A DNA stretch of 64,000 bases from Emiliania huxleyi CCMP1516. Its lineage: Eukaryota. The notes under the pieces were generated by a model. The model was not told the DNA's origin, did no database searches, and was given only the letters and a program-made list of their open reading frames with translations. A program made the translations under genes and the position numbers. The stretch spans positions 620,001 to 684,000 of the forward strand of contig NW_005201192.1 of NCBI RefSeq assembly GCF_000372725.1. The letters are read 5' to 3'. Positions 23,396 through 34,700 of this stretch are shown one piece after another; positions within the stretch are counted from its first letter, which is position 1, and every line of letters begins with the position of its first letter.

Positions 23396-25072
23396 ATGTC
23401 GGCGCCGCCCTCCGGCTCTGGCTCCCAGCCGCCGCCAGCGCCGGCCAGCGAGAACTTCAGCCCGGAGCTGCTGCGCATGTACTACGACCGCGTCTTCCCG
23501 GCGGCCGCCATGTGCCGGTGGCTCGGCTACGGCACGGCGCAGCTGGCCGACACGGGCGCGCGGCTTCTGCAGCGGCGCGAGTTCTCCTTCACAACGGGCG
23601 ACGACGTGTACATCCGGTACCTGTCGTACGAGAACGAGGCCGGCCTCAAGAAGGACCTGCTCGCCAAGCTGCCACACAAGATTGACATCGGAGCCATCTT
23701 TTCGTGCGTCCCGCCGCCGCCGCCCGCCCGCACGGCCAACACACCGCCGCCGGACGCCGCCGCCGCTGCCACCGCATGACCGTGGCTGGCCGCACGCCTC
23801 CCAGCTCCGCACGCCCCCACCCCGCCCGACCACGCCCCTGCCCCCACCCAGCCTCCCCTCCCCTCCTGCAGCGCGCCGCCGTCGGACCACAAGAAGTACA
23901 AGCTCTTCGAGCCGAAGCAGCGCGAGCTGATCATCGACATTGACCTGACCGACTACGACTTCCTCGAGGTCGACGTCAAGCGGCTCGAGACGTGCGACCG
24001 CTGCTGGCCGCTCATGGCGCTCGCGATGCGTGTGCTGGAGCGCGCGCTGCGAGAGGACTTTGGGCGCGGGCCTCGGCTCTGGCGGGGGAGGGCGGCGGCA
24101 GGGCGCGCGGGCTCAGGGCGTCGGCGGTGCCGCTCTAGGTTTGAGCACATCCTCTGCGTCTACTCTGGCCGCCGCGGCATCCACTTGTGGGTGTGCGACG
24201 CGCGCGCGCGGCGGATGTCCAACGAGGCGCCGCCTCGCCGACGAGGGTCCGGCGGAGCCCTTCCATGAAGTGTCTCGGATCCTTCCAGGTGCGCGGCGCC
24301 GTCGCCGACTACCTCGGCCCCGTCCTCGCGCCGGCTACCGGGCGGCTTGCGATCCGCACTCCGATGCACCCGTCGCTGGCGCGCGCGTACAAGGACGAGC
24401 TCGAGCCGTTCTTCCACTCGCACATGCTCACGGGCGAGGCGGCGGGCGGGTTCGGGATTCTCGACACGGCAGAGAGGCGCGCGGCGCGGGCGGAGGGGGG
24501 CGAGAAGGGGAGGGGGTGACGGCCCGGCTCACCTAGTGTGTGGTGGCGCGTCTCGCAGGCAGAAGAAGCTGCTCGCGATGCTCGAGAACGAGCAGATCGC
24601 GGAGCAGCTGCTCGACGCCTTCGAAAAGCGGCCGGCGATGAGCGGCGCCGAGCGGTGGAAGAGGATCAAAAGCGAGTGCAAGACGCCAAAGCTCGCCGCG
24701 GTCCTCACGGAGGTGGTCTTCACGTACACGTACCCCCGCCTCGACGTCAACGTGTCCAAGGGCATGAACCACCTGCTCAAGTCGCCGTGGTGCGTCCACC
24801 CGAAGACCGGCCGCGTCTGCGTGCCGGTCAACGTGAGCGAGTGTGAGGAGTTCGACCCGAGCTCTGTCCCGACCCTCAAGACGATCGCGGACGACCTCGA
24901 CGCGGGAGGCGCCTCGCTCAAGGACGGGAGGGACATCTCGCGCACCCGCCTCGCGCCCTTCGAGGCCGCCTTCGACGCCTTCCTCGCAAAGTGCGAGAAC
25001 GCGATCCGCGGGGAGCGCGCGCGAGAGAAGGCGGCGGCGCCCCTCGCGAGCTCCGGCGCCGAGCTCTTCTGA
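23396..25072 (+). CDS. PRIM1: DNA primase small (catalytic) subunit, 5 exons
   Basis: Motifs RREFSFT, KIDIGAIF, RELIIDIDLTDYD, VYSGRRGIHLWVCD and YPRLDVNVSKGMNHLLKSPWCVHPKTGRVCVP. Confidence 0.97.
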
Positions 25073-26136
25073 AGCCGGCCCCGAGCCGTCCCGCTCTCTC
25101 GCCCACAGCGGCTCTTGCACAAGCCATCCCCTCCCCCACCCTCGCCGGGTGAGCGAGGGTGGCCAGGCGCCGGGCGCGGTGCAGCGCTGTAGAGGTGCTA
25201 CAGTCGGCAGTGCGTCAGCACAAAATAGAGCGCGCATGGCATGCACACAATAATTTATGTACGTCTAACCCACTATCTAGATATGTAAAGTACCACGCCC
25301 AAAATAAGAGCACGGACACGCCTCACGCGTGACCAGCGCTCGGCCGCTCGCGTTTTATATCAATATCATCAATATTTGCTATTTCATCATTCATGACGCG
25401 CACACTTCACACAGAGACAGGAATGTGTCAATCACTCGGGGCTAGATCGATTTACCCATCTCACTGTAGAGTAGAGTGACACCCAGCGAGGGGCAGACCT
25501 CTCGATGATGGGGGGCGAGCATGGCGCGCCAGCCAGGCGAGTTATTCACACGAGCACACCGTCCCAGGATATCAAACGCGCCATTAGCGCGCCAGCACGA
25601 CTTATACGTCAATTACGCCACCCACGATAACACTATCGATGTTTGTGAGTGTTCCGACGGGCGGCAGGAGGATGTACGAAGAGATTAGGAGCAGCAGGGA
25701 CCCGAGGGACCATGTGGAAGACGGCTAGGGCTAGTCCCCCATCGTGAGGACGACCCCGGCTACTCGAGTAGCCGCCGACCACACCCACAAAGAACCCTGC
25801 ACAAAGATCGCACGGGCGGGGACCTGTTCCTTTTTACCCATCTCACAGTAGAGAGGTGTCCGTTAAGCGTTATTATTCTTCTCGCTCGTGCGTCCTTGCA
25901 ACTTGTGCTGACCTCCCTTTCTCCTCTCCTATGCCACGTGGCTGTGTGTGTTTGGGTTTCTATGTTTGCGATTGGAATTTGGATTTTCTACTGCACTTAA
26001 TTTATTTATTTATTTACGACCTCGCTACCCCACCCCGACACCCGTGCGTGTCACACTAAGAGGTGTCCGTATTTATTTAATTAGATCGACAATCGACCCC
26101 GCTACGGCATGTCATCCGCGATCGCTCATTCCGGCG

Positions 26137-27768
26137 TTAATCGTCTGCGTCGCCGTCGGTGACGCTGACGGTATTAGACCGTGTTAGCAGCGCCGCATTC
26201 AAGCGCGCTGTCTCGAGCGCACCCTCGAAGCGGGAAAAGGTGAAGGCCGTCGCGTACACGGACGGCAGCTCGTACATGTCCGCCTCGCCGTCGATGGCAC
26301 CCTCCGCCATAGCGCGGGTCGTGATCTGACCCTCCTCTGGGTACTCGTCCAATCTACCCACCCGCTCCTTCGGCGAAGAGAAGGACTGGCCCACGATACC
26401 GTGCGGTAAGCACCTCGCCGCCGCGTCGCCCTCCGCTCTAAAGCTGACGTCGAGCCGGTGGGCTGGTCCAGAGAGACGCTGGTACACGTGATTGCCGCGC
26501 ACCGTGACGGTCCAGTTTCTCAGCGCGAACACGGCGTGCGACGACTGCGTCCGGATGGAGAGCTCCTCACACTGCCTGGCGCTCTTCCTGCCGAGAATAA
26601 AGTGTTGGCCGCCGCACGTCCCGTTCACAATCTTCCAGCCCCAGTTCTGACCGTTCAGCTCGGAAGCCCAGAAGGAGGCCATGGCCCACTTGCGCTTGGC
26701 GCCGCCGACGCGAGCGACTACGTGCACCTCGGTGAGGAAGGAGCCATTCACCTTGAGCTTGCCACCGTTTAGCAGAAAGCTGGAGTCCTCCGTTTTCACG
26801 TTGACCGCAAGGTTGGGCGCCGAGAGGAAGGCGTAAATGATGCCATCGTGGCCACGGAAGTCGGCAGACCCGCCATGTGCGAAGTGGAGGTGCGGGTCCT
26901 GGTGTCCACCGCCGTCGAGCCCTCCAGAGGATGTCCGTGTCATGCTCATGGGCGGTTTGGGGCTAGGTGGCGGCGGGGACGAAACTGCTGGAGGAGGGCG
27001 CGATCGCTGGACGGCTAGGTGCGCGAAGAGGGGGTCGATGGATTCACCCGCCGCTATCTCCCGCGGGCGTGCTGGGCTGGGCGGCGGCGGCCAGAGCTCC
27101 TTGGTCTCATAGACGATATTAATCTCCTCGAGATTGATGATTCGGAACTCGTTCTCATCGTCTGAGAGGAGAGTAATGGTGACATACTCCCCTCTTGTCG
27201 TCTCGCACTGGCCAGGGTAGACCCCCTCCTGCAGCACGCCCCCCAAGACGACGTTCGCCCGCCTGCACTCGTCATACTCGCGGCAGTTGTCGAAGCAGAG
27301 GAAGGCGTCGGGCGGCATGGCCCCCCTGCTGAGCCGGTCCGAGTATGACTCGTTGGAGACGAACACCTTGAGCCCGCCCGCCAGCCGGAAGTAACCGGGG
27401 CCCGCTGCGTGGTTGAAAAAGAAGATGCTCGTGATTTTCTTCCCCGGCGTGACTTTGAGTTGGATCCACGGGTTCCTCGAGCCGCATGGCTGGAAGCCTC
27501 GCATATCTGGCAAGCCCACGTTGCACACAGTGTCGGGGGTGTCAGGCCCATATGGCGCAGGACCAAGAATGTCGGTCTGGCACAGTTGGTCAGAACGGAT
27601 TGTGATGGCGCTGGCCCCAGATCCCATGGTCCGCTCGCCGTCGATGCAGTTCGAGGCTGCGCGGTTCTTGTAGGTGCTGCTCATGACGGCAGAGATGATG
27701 TCCTCCCGGCCGAGGACAGCAGTACTGTCCACGGCGAAAAGGGAGAGGAGGAGGAGGAGGCTCTTCAT
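26137..27768 (-). CDS. Secreted protein: galactose-binding/discoidin-like domain, Pro-rich linker, D-P-H (vWD-like) C-terminal domain
   Basis: Signal MKSLLLLLSLFAVDSTA; SSTY...ASNCIDG...NPWIQL (F5/8-fucolectin-like); PPPPSP linkers; GHQDPHLHFAHGGSADFRG; PHGIVGQSF. Confidence 0.75.
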   Translation of the reverse strand: MKSLLLLLSLFAVDSTAVLGREDIISAVMSSTYKNRAASNCIDGERTMGSGASAITIRSDQLCQTDILGPAPYGPDTPDTVCNVGLPDMRGFQPCGSRNPWIQLKVTPGKKITSIFFFNHAAGPGYFRLAGGLKVFVSNESYSDRLSRGAMPPDAFLCFDNCREYDECRRANVVLGGVLQEGVYPGQCETTRGEYVTITLLSDDENEFRIINLEEINIVYETKELWPPPPSPARPREIAAGESIDPLFAHLAVQRSRPPPAVSSPPPPSPKPPMSMTRTSSGGLDGGGHQDPHLHFAHGGSADFRGHDGIIYAFLSAPNLAVNVKTEDSSFLLNGGKLKVNGSFLTEVHVVARVGGAKRKWAMASFWASELNGQNWGWKIVNGTCGGQHFILGRKSARQCEELSIRTQSSHAVFALRNWTVTVRGNHVYQRLSGPAHRLDVSFRAEGDAAARCLPHGIVGQSFSSPKERVGRLDEYPEEGQITTRAMAEGAIDGEADMYELPSVYATAFTFSRFEGALETARLNAALLTRSNTVSVTDGDADD

Positions 27769-28333
27769 GGGCCACCCCTGGCGCGAAAAGCTCCTATTCG
27801 ATGCGTCGATCCCCCGAAGCACCGGAGGCCACCGCGACGGCGCGTTTCGTTCCAAACTTGGCCCGGGGAGGCTGTGTGGCAGGCTGTCGCTCGCCTGTCA
27901 TCGCTTCGGAACCGCCCTTTCTTCCTTTTGTGCTCGCCCTGATGAAATATCACGTCGGATTCACTCGACGCTATGACGGCGGCGGCACGCACACGAGCTG
28001 CGGGCAGCGCTGCGTGCGGCCGTCCGTGCCGCCGGCCGTCATACACAGCGGCGAGGCGCGGGACCGTCTGTGACGAAGTGGGTCGCGTCCCTCGATTTCC
28101 TCAACTCACGGCCCACACCCTCTACAACTTACAGGACACGAGATCGGCAAAAATCTTTACTAGAGGCCGGCGCGCATGGCCGGACGCGGGACCATCATCA
28201 CATCATGGTGTGGAGGGGGGGCTAGACCCCGAAAAGAAGGGGCTCCAGAGCACTGTATGTGTCGACAGTGCGTCTGTGCGTGTGATCCGACCAAACGGCA
28301 CATAAAAACCGCGCGCCCCCCGCGAGTGTTTAG

Positions 28334-29670
28334 CTATAGCTCTGGGGGGGCGCGGGGGCCCTAGCGGGTATCCATGCGGGGGGGAGACGGGGTCCGATGG
28401 CCCGCCGCAGGCGCCGATTTTTGGTTTTTTTGAGCGATTTTTTTACTTGTTTATTTGGCGAACTTGCGGCCATGCCATCAATGCTATCACGCCTTGCGAC
28501 AGCCTGTCGGCGCTGCTGACCGTGCCATGCTGCACAATTGATCACATGCATAGCTCGCGGCCTTAGTATCAAGCATTCAGTGACGACCTGATCGTACGGC
28601 CAGTAGGAAGGTGTCCTTCCAACGTGTGCACGCTTCTGACGCAATGCGCGTCGCCTCGGATTGGCTGCTGGCACTCTCGAGGCTATGCCTACGCAGCCTC
28701 GCGCGCATGGGCAGTCAAGAGGGACCACGCACCTTCTCAGGACAGCGCCGGTGCCTCTCTCTGGACCGGCAAACTTGGTGGTCTCGTGTCACCAATGTGG
28801 GACCAGTGCGGCATCGCGCCATCGACAGCTCTGAACTGCGCCTCACCACTGACCGGGAAGGCCGCCAAGGGGCCAGCACAGGTCGCACATTGTGGCAGCA
28901 GTCAGCTGTGCATGTCTGATAGCTAGAGCAGCAGCGTCAGGGTCGCAGGGTCGGATCGTGTCAAGCCTCTCGCCCGGCCGGCCGCGTGCAGACGTCGGCC
29001 TGTCTGCTGTCTGGAGTGATCTGTCGGCGGTCAGTACGACCGATCAGGTTGGAGGTTTCTGATGGTTGGAGTTCTATCTGTATGTACTCCTCGAGATCTC
29101 TCCAAATCTGCCCTCTACTCAACCGTACTCATTCGGGAAGTCGGTGCTAGTGGAGACTAGTGGAGCCGGAGCCCCGTTTCCGCACTGCTGCTGCGCGGCG
29201 CACGGTGTGGGCCGGGGGCCCCCGCGCCACCCCAGAGGTGTTCCCGGGCATTCACACTATATTTCGGAGATAATTGGGCGATTATATCCATAAGGGATTT
29301 CATCCCTTTTTGGTTTGGAGATTCGTGTTTCGGTTTCGGTTTTGGGTAAACGTATACAGCACTCTTCAACTTCGTCGCGATGTGGCCCCTGTCTTTGCTC
29401 CTGCTCCTATGCGAGAGCTATGGCGGGACCGCTATCGATCAGGTCGGAGTTTTCTGATGGTTGGAGGGGGTCTATCTGTGTGTACTCCTTGAGATCTTTC
29501 CAAATCTGCCCTCTCTACTTATAATCGTACTTAATCGGGAAGTTGGTGCTCTGAGCGACTCTGAGCGCCGGAGCCCCGTTTTTGTTCTTTTTCCGGTAAG
29601 CGGTATTTCCGCACTGCTGCGCGGCGCACGGTGCCTCCGGGGGCCCCCGCGCCCCCCCAGAGAGCTATAG
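28334..29670. mobile_element. Non-autonomous TIR element, about 1.3 kb
   Basis: CTATAGCTCTGGGGGGGCGCGGGGGCCC at 28334 is the near reverse complement of 29641-29670. Internal sequence is repeated at 51590-51808 and 53145-53840. Confidence 0.7.
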
Positions 29671-29823
29671 GCCAGCTTTTCGCCGCTTCGGGCTTCGGCG
29701 CGCCGCGCGCGCGCGTCTCCGCGCCACTTCGCGCGCGGGGGGCGAGGCATCGCGCGGGAGGTACAACACCGACTGTTAATAACAGTGTTAAGAAAACGCC
29801 TCACCCGTGTACACTCTAGATGC

Positions 29824-31413
29824 TCATGGATAGCAGAGACAGCCCAGCGCCTCGGGTTGGGACGGCGCGCCGGCGCGCTGGAGCCACACATGAAAGGAGT
29901 ACCGCGGCTGTTCGTCGGCGGACCGAGCCTCTGCCTCCACCACGAGCGTGTCGCCGACGGCGACCTCGGCGGGCTGGGGCAGCGGCAGCAGCACGGTGGG
30001 CCAGTGCGAGCCCTCGTCTGCCGAGCTCACGCGCGGGGCGGCGCCCTCTGCTAGTGGAGGGAATGCGACCTCGATGTGTAGCGCCAGTCCTCGCAACGAG
30101 TCGGCCCTGGCCAGCCCGAAGGAGATCCGGGAGTGCTGCGGCTCCGCGAGCCGGCCAGCGGTGGCGGACCCGAAGTCGAGCTGCTCGAACGGCTGCGCTG
30201 GCGCCAGGGTCGCCTCGCGCGGGAAGCGAGGCAGCTTGAGCGCGGCCCCGGGGGGAGGGGAGAGGACCGGGTTCGGCAGCGAGGCCCAGTACTCGCCAGA
30301 GGGCCAGCTGCAGGGCGCACACAGCGATCTGGCCGAGGCCGGGACGGCCACAGCGCCGGGCGCCAGCAGCCGCGCGTGCGCGTCCGCCACACATCGTGCG
30401 GCGCCCTCGCAGCCAGCGACCTCGCCGAGGATCTCGTGGACGAGCAGGCTCGGCGGCTCAGGCAGGGCGGGCTGCTCCGTCGAGTAGCCCTCGAGCACCT
30501 CGATGACCTGCTGCAGGCCCAGCTCCGCCACCGTCCGCCTCGCCGCCTCGCACGCCTCTGCATTCGACTCGAGCGCGTAAACGCGCGAGGCTCCCGCTCG
30601 GGCGGCCATCACCGCGAGAAGCGCGAGGCCGCCTGTGCCGAGGTCGAGCACGACTCGGCCGGCAGCGAGATGGCGGAGCGCGTCCTCGTACGCGGAGGTG
30701 CGCTGTGCATCGTCCCTCATCTCCGCGTATAGCCGCTCCGTGTAGCGCTCGCACAGACCGCGCGGTGTGGCGGTCATGAGACGACGAGCCGCACGCACAG
30801 TCGGCCGTATGAGCAGTGTACCTGTGGCGTCGATGGTCACGAACTGGCGCAACGACCCGCTGCGCTCGATCTGGGTTCCGGCTCTTAGGACAGATCGGGG
30901 GCCCTCGCCGGCTGGCCCCTCTGCGGCGGCCGCCGAGACGGAGATGTGCTTCGAGAGCTCGCCGATCAGGTAGAGCCGGTCGACGGCCGCTTCGTCGATG
31001 ACGCCCATCGAGTTGAGCACGAAGTAGCTCGAGAGCAGCAGCGAGAGCGCAAAGACCTGCGCGTCGTACGCCTCGTCCTGCTCCATCGACGCGAGGCCCT
31101 CTGTATCGAGCAGCACGAGAGAGCCGCGCCTGCACTGGCCTGCGTCGCCGTCGGGCACGCACACGTCGATGCCGCGCGTGCACGACTCGGTCGTCGAGCC
31201 GACGCGGAAGCCCGCCTTCGCGCGCGCCGCCGTGTTGCCGGCCAGGGTGTTCAGGAAGAAGCTCTTTCCGGTCCGGTAGAGCCCGGCGACAGCGACGACA
31301 ACAATTGGGGCCTCGATCCGCTGCAGCAGCTGCGCGCCCTCCGGCTGGATCTCCCACTTGCCCGCCTCGCCGAGTCGGACGAAGGGCGCGGCGCTCGCGC
31401 TACCGCCGCTCAT
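29824..31413 (-). CDS. GBP/atlastin-type GTPase N-terminal fragment fused in frame to a PRMT-like SAM methyltransferase
   Basis: GTPase motifs GLYRTGKS, TESCTRGI and LLDTEG. Then EMRDDAQRTSAYEDAL, VVLDLGTGGLALLAVMAARAGA and LLVHEILG, followed by a PRMT-like beta-barrel with SHWPTV. Confidence 0.75.
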   Translation of the reverse strand: MSGGSASAAPFVRLGEAGKWEIQPEGAQLLQRIEAPIVVVAVAGLYRTGKSFFLNTLAGNTAARAKAGFRVGSTTESCTRGIDVCVPDGDAGQCRRGSLVLLDTEGLASMEQDEAYDAQVFALSLLLSSYFVLNSMGVIDEAAVDRLYLIGELSKHISVSAAAAEGPAGEGPRSVLRAGTQIERSGSLRQFVTIDATGTLLIRPTVRAARRLMTATPRGLCERYTERLYAEMRDDAQRTSAYEDALRHLAAGRVVLDLGTGGLALLAVMAARAGASRVYALESNAEACEAARRTVAELGLQQVIEVLEGYSTEQPALPEPPSLLVHEILGEVAGCEGAARCVADAHARLLAPGAVAVPASARSLCAPCSWPSGEYWASLPNPVLSPPPGAALKLPRFPREATLAPAQPFEQLDFGSATAGRLAEPQHSRISFGLARADSLRGLALHIEVAFPPLAEGAAPRVSSADEGSHWPTVLLPLPQPAEVAVGDTLVVEAEARSADEQPRYSFHVWLQRAGAPSQPEALGCLCYP

Positions 31414-32966
31414 GTTTAGGCTGGATCGCAGGCTCGGGGGGCGCCGCGGGCGCGGTTTCCCTTCGACCCTTCTTGACCCTTCTTTTTGACTGCCTCTTCG
31501 GAAGATAATACGAGTCGTATAAGGGGCTAGCAGCCATTGTGCTCAGAGGCGGCGCCGCCTCGCAAGCGGAGCGCGAGGTGGAGCACGCGCTGGTACACAC
31601 TCTGCGCCACCGACTGCGCCACCGACCCTGCGCCCGCGCTGCCCGCGCGTCCCCTCGATGGCCGCCTCGAGGCCGCGCTCGCCACCGTCTCCGCCGCCTC
31701 CGCCGCCCGCGCCGCCTGCCTGGTGCTCGTGGCCCCGCACTTGCCCTAGCCCGAGAGGGGAGCTTCCGAGACCCACTACATGACCACGCACACATCATCC
31801 CGCGGCCTGGTGGTCGGCGGGATTTGTTGGGAGTGTGAATACCCCACTCGTGTATATAGAGAGATGTCCCTGTTGAGTGCGTCTCCCAGTGCACGAGCAC
31901 TTCCAACCGCGCCCGCTCGAACACTCCCTGCGCGGCTCGCGGCACCAGCGACGTGCCAGCGCCGAGCGCGTTCAGCGATCTGCCAGCGTACTCCTTCGCA
32001 CGTTGCCCGCGGCGCGCCGCCTCGCGCCCCTCACTGTCCGCGTCACGCAGCTGCTCCTTCTCGCCATCGCAGTTCCAGCGCCTCGTCGCCCGTGCATCGT
32101 TCCGCGTCTCGCGCCGGCAGTAGATGCACTGCCAGTGAGTGAGGCGCCGATCCATCCGCCTCGTCTTGTTTGCTCGCGTCGGCCCGACGTCGCCTCTGCG
32201 CTCATCTTGTGTGATCGCGCCTTCGCCGGCCTCCCGAACGATGCATGCAGGCAACGGTTGTGTCCCGCCACCGAACTCCCTGCCGATCCCGTGGAGCTGC
32301 CCCATCGGCTGCAACGGCCCGGTGTACATCACCACGTCGCCGACCGGCGCGGACAGCGGCTGCAGTATTGCCACCGGCGTGATCGTTCCTCGCGAAGTCG
32401 TCGACAGCCGAGGTCTCGCGAGCCACTCGTCGGTTCCCTGCGGGAGCCGCTCCTCGATTCGTTGCGTCTCCGCTCGGTCGTCCATCGCCGCCAGCCACCC
32501 TCGGGTCGCGTTCGGTCGCCAGCTCTCCAGCTCGTCGTTTGGTCACCGAGGAGAGGGAACGAAAGCACACCTCAAACTGCAGGACGTGCATCCTGGACGC
32601 ATCCCTCCTTGTCCCACTTATCGAATTTGTGCAGGCGAGAGTACCCGTCCGAATTCCGGCGTTTTTCATAATTCTCACCCTACTATACTACAAGTACCCC
32701 ATATTTTCGTCTTTTTTCGCTTCGCTGCGCGTCCTGGGGATAGGTAGGTAGGTAGGGCGTTTTGGCGCGAGTCATGGTCAACAGACCCCCTATCTGGCAA
32801 GGAGCCGGAACCCTGCCGCGCCGCGAAAAAAGAAATTACGCGGGCGCGCGCACGCACTGGCACCAACTCTAACACAGGTACACCAAAAAATTTTAGTCAC
32901 GCACTATTGTAGGCACGGGCCGCGCGCGCGCAGTGGCACTAAAAAAATTGAGATAGAACGAACGAC

Positions 32967-33677
32967 TCACAGCCTCGCCCTCCTCAGCCACCGCTGCAGC
33001 GCGGGTCCCGCCTGGCCTCCGACCAGCGTGCTGAGCGCCTTGAGCGCACGCGCCCCACTAGCGTCGCTCACGTCGCACTTGATGGTGCGCATGCCGAGTG
33101 CTTGGGCCGGCTTCAGATTCCTCCCGATGTCGTCCACAAAGATGCAGGCCGATGCGGGCACGCCCAGCCGCGAGATGGCCAGCTCGTAGATGGCCGGGTC
33201 GGGCTTGCGCAGCCCCTCCTCCGCCGACTGCACGATCTCGTCGAAGAGCGGCTGCAGCTCCCGAATGGACGAGGCGAGGCGGTCGTCGCCCGTGGCGCTC
33301 CGGAAGTTATTTGTCAGCGCGCAGGTCCGTACCCTGCTTTCGCGGAGGATGCCCAGCGCCTCCGTCATGAGCGGCCGCGGCGTGCAGCTATCCAGGATGA
33401 CCCGGATAAGCTCCCCGCCGTCAATGATGGACGGTGCACCCGCCACTTTACAGTCCGCCGCAAAGGCGTCACTGAACGACTCGATCGTCAACTCGCCGCG
33501 CTCGAGCCGCGCAAAAGCGCCACCGCTGCCAGATGCTCCGATGACCGCGTTGACAGTGTTCTGCCCGACACCGAGTCGCGTCTCGTACTCGGCTATCGCG
33601 GCAAAGGGCGAGTGGAGAATCACGCCGCCGAGGTCAAAGATGACAGCCTCAGTTGGAGCGTCGATAACCTGTGACAT
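32967..33677 (-). CDS. HAD-superfamily hydrolase (ACAD10/epoxide-hydrolase N-terminal-like), C-terminal ARL
   Basis: Motifs AVIFDLGGV, ALTNN, GLRKPDPAIY and IFVDDIGRNLKPAQALGMRTI. Ends ...RRARL*. Confidence 0.9.
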   Translation of the reverse strand: MSQVIDAPTEAVIFDLGGVILHSPFAAIAEYETRLGVGQNTVNAVIGASGSGGAFARLERGELTIESFSDAFAADCKVAGAPSIIDGGELIRVILDSCTPRPLMTEALGILRESRVRTCALTNNFRSATGDDRLASSIRELQPLFDEIVQSAEEGLRKPDPAIYELAISRLGVPASACIFVDDIGRNLKPAQALGMRTIKCDVSDASGARALKALSTLVGGQAGPALQRWLRRARL

Positions 33678-33971
33678 CGCAGTTTTTGTCTCACGCACGA
33701 CTCGACACAACGCCTCCTCCTTCTAGGGGGGCTTACACTGGCCGCGGTTACTCGCGTGTTTCACAGCCTTGTTATTAAAATACCTCTTATGGCGCTGTTC
33801 ACAGCCTTGTTATTGAGAAGAAATACGCCGAGCGCGCTGTGCGCTGTCTATGAGAGGTTGAGGTGCGAGCCCTGGATTCACACATAGGTTGATAAGAAAC
33901 AAGAAGGTGACATCCCAGACGTCTGAACCACAGCGTGTCCCATATCTCGTGTGTTTTCGGGTGATTAGATC

Positions 33972-34700
33972 ATGTACGTGGACGGGGTGGAGGAGGCAAG
34001 CTCGCAGGACACCCTGTCTGGGCAGCCCGACTCGCAAGGCAGCTTCTCGAGCATGGACCTGGACGAGGAGGGCGAGGCGGAGAGCGGCCCTGCGCCTGAC
34101 GAGGCGGGCGAGACGAAGGAGGGCGACGGACAAAGTCGCGGCGCAGGGGGTCCGGGAAGCGGCGGGGCTGGAGGGGGCGGCCCCTCCCCGAATCTCGCCC
34201 TCGGGCGAGTGAGAGTCGTCGGCCAGGGAAGCAGGACTCCCGCAGGGCACCTTCGGGTGGATCTCAGCAGAGCCGGCAGGCACCCCGAGCTCGCGACGCC
34301 CTTCACGACTGGAAGGGCCAGGGAGCGCACGTGCTTTGATCGCCGGGGGCACCATGGAGGGTGCGCCTGCGCCACGGAGGCACTCCGGGCGGCGTATGCG
34401 ATGTGGGGGGGGGGCCGGGGAGATGCTGCCTCGGCGCGCGCTGCCGCGACGCGGCACGGAGTCGACCGGGCCACGCCGGCGAGGGAGATGCGCTCCAGCG
34501 AGGGTCGCGTCCTTGAAACCGCCGACGCGTTCCTGGACGACAAGGCCGATCGACTCTGGAGGACGCGGTCAGCGGCGCTTCGCGAACTGGCACAGAAGGT
34601 TCGAGAGCAGACGGCACGGATCTGGTGCTCCTATGCGCGGGTAGGATTGAGTCCTGTCACGGCGATCTGCTGAGGAAGGGGATCCTAGCCGACGCGGCGC
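33972..34700 (+). pseudogene. Frameshifted DUF4326-like coding remnant
   Basis: RVDLSRAGRHPELATPF, then after a frame change near 34600, DLVLLCAGRIESCHGDLL (CHGD-type motif). Confidence 0.3.

Noticed and set aside
31400..32485. 361-aa ORF starting with a QGTDEWL motif reminiscent of YqaJ nucleases
   Set aside because: No further nuclease motifs follow, and the rest is low-complexity.
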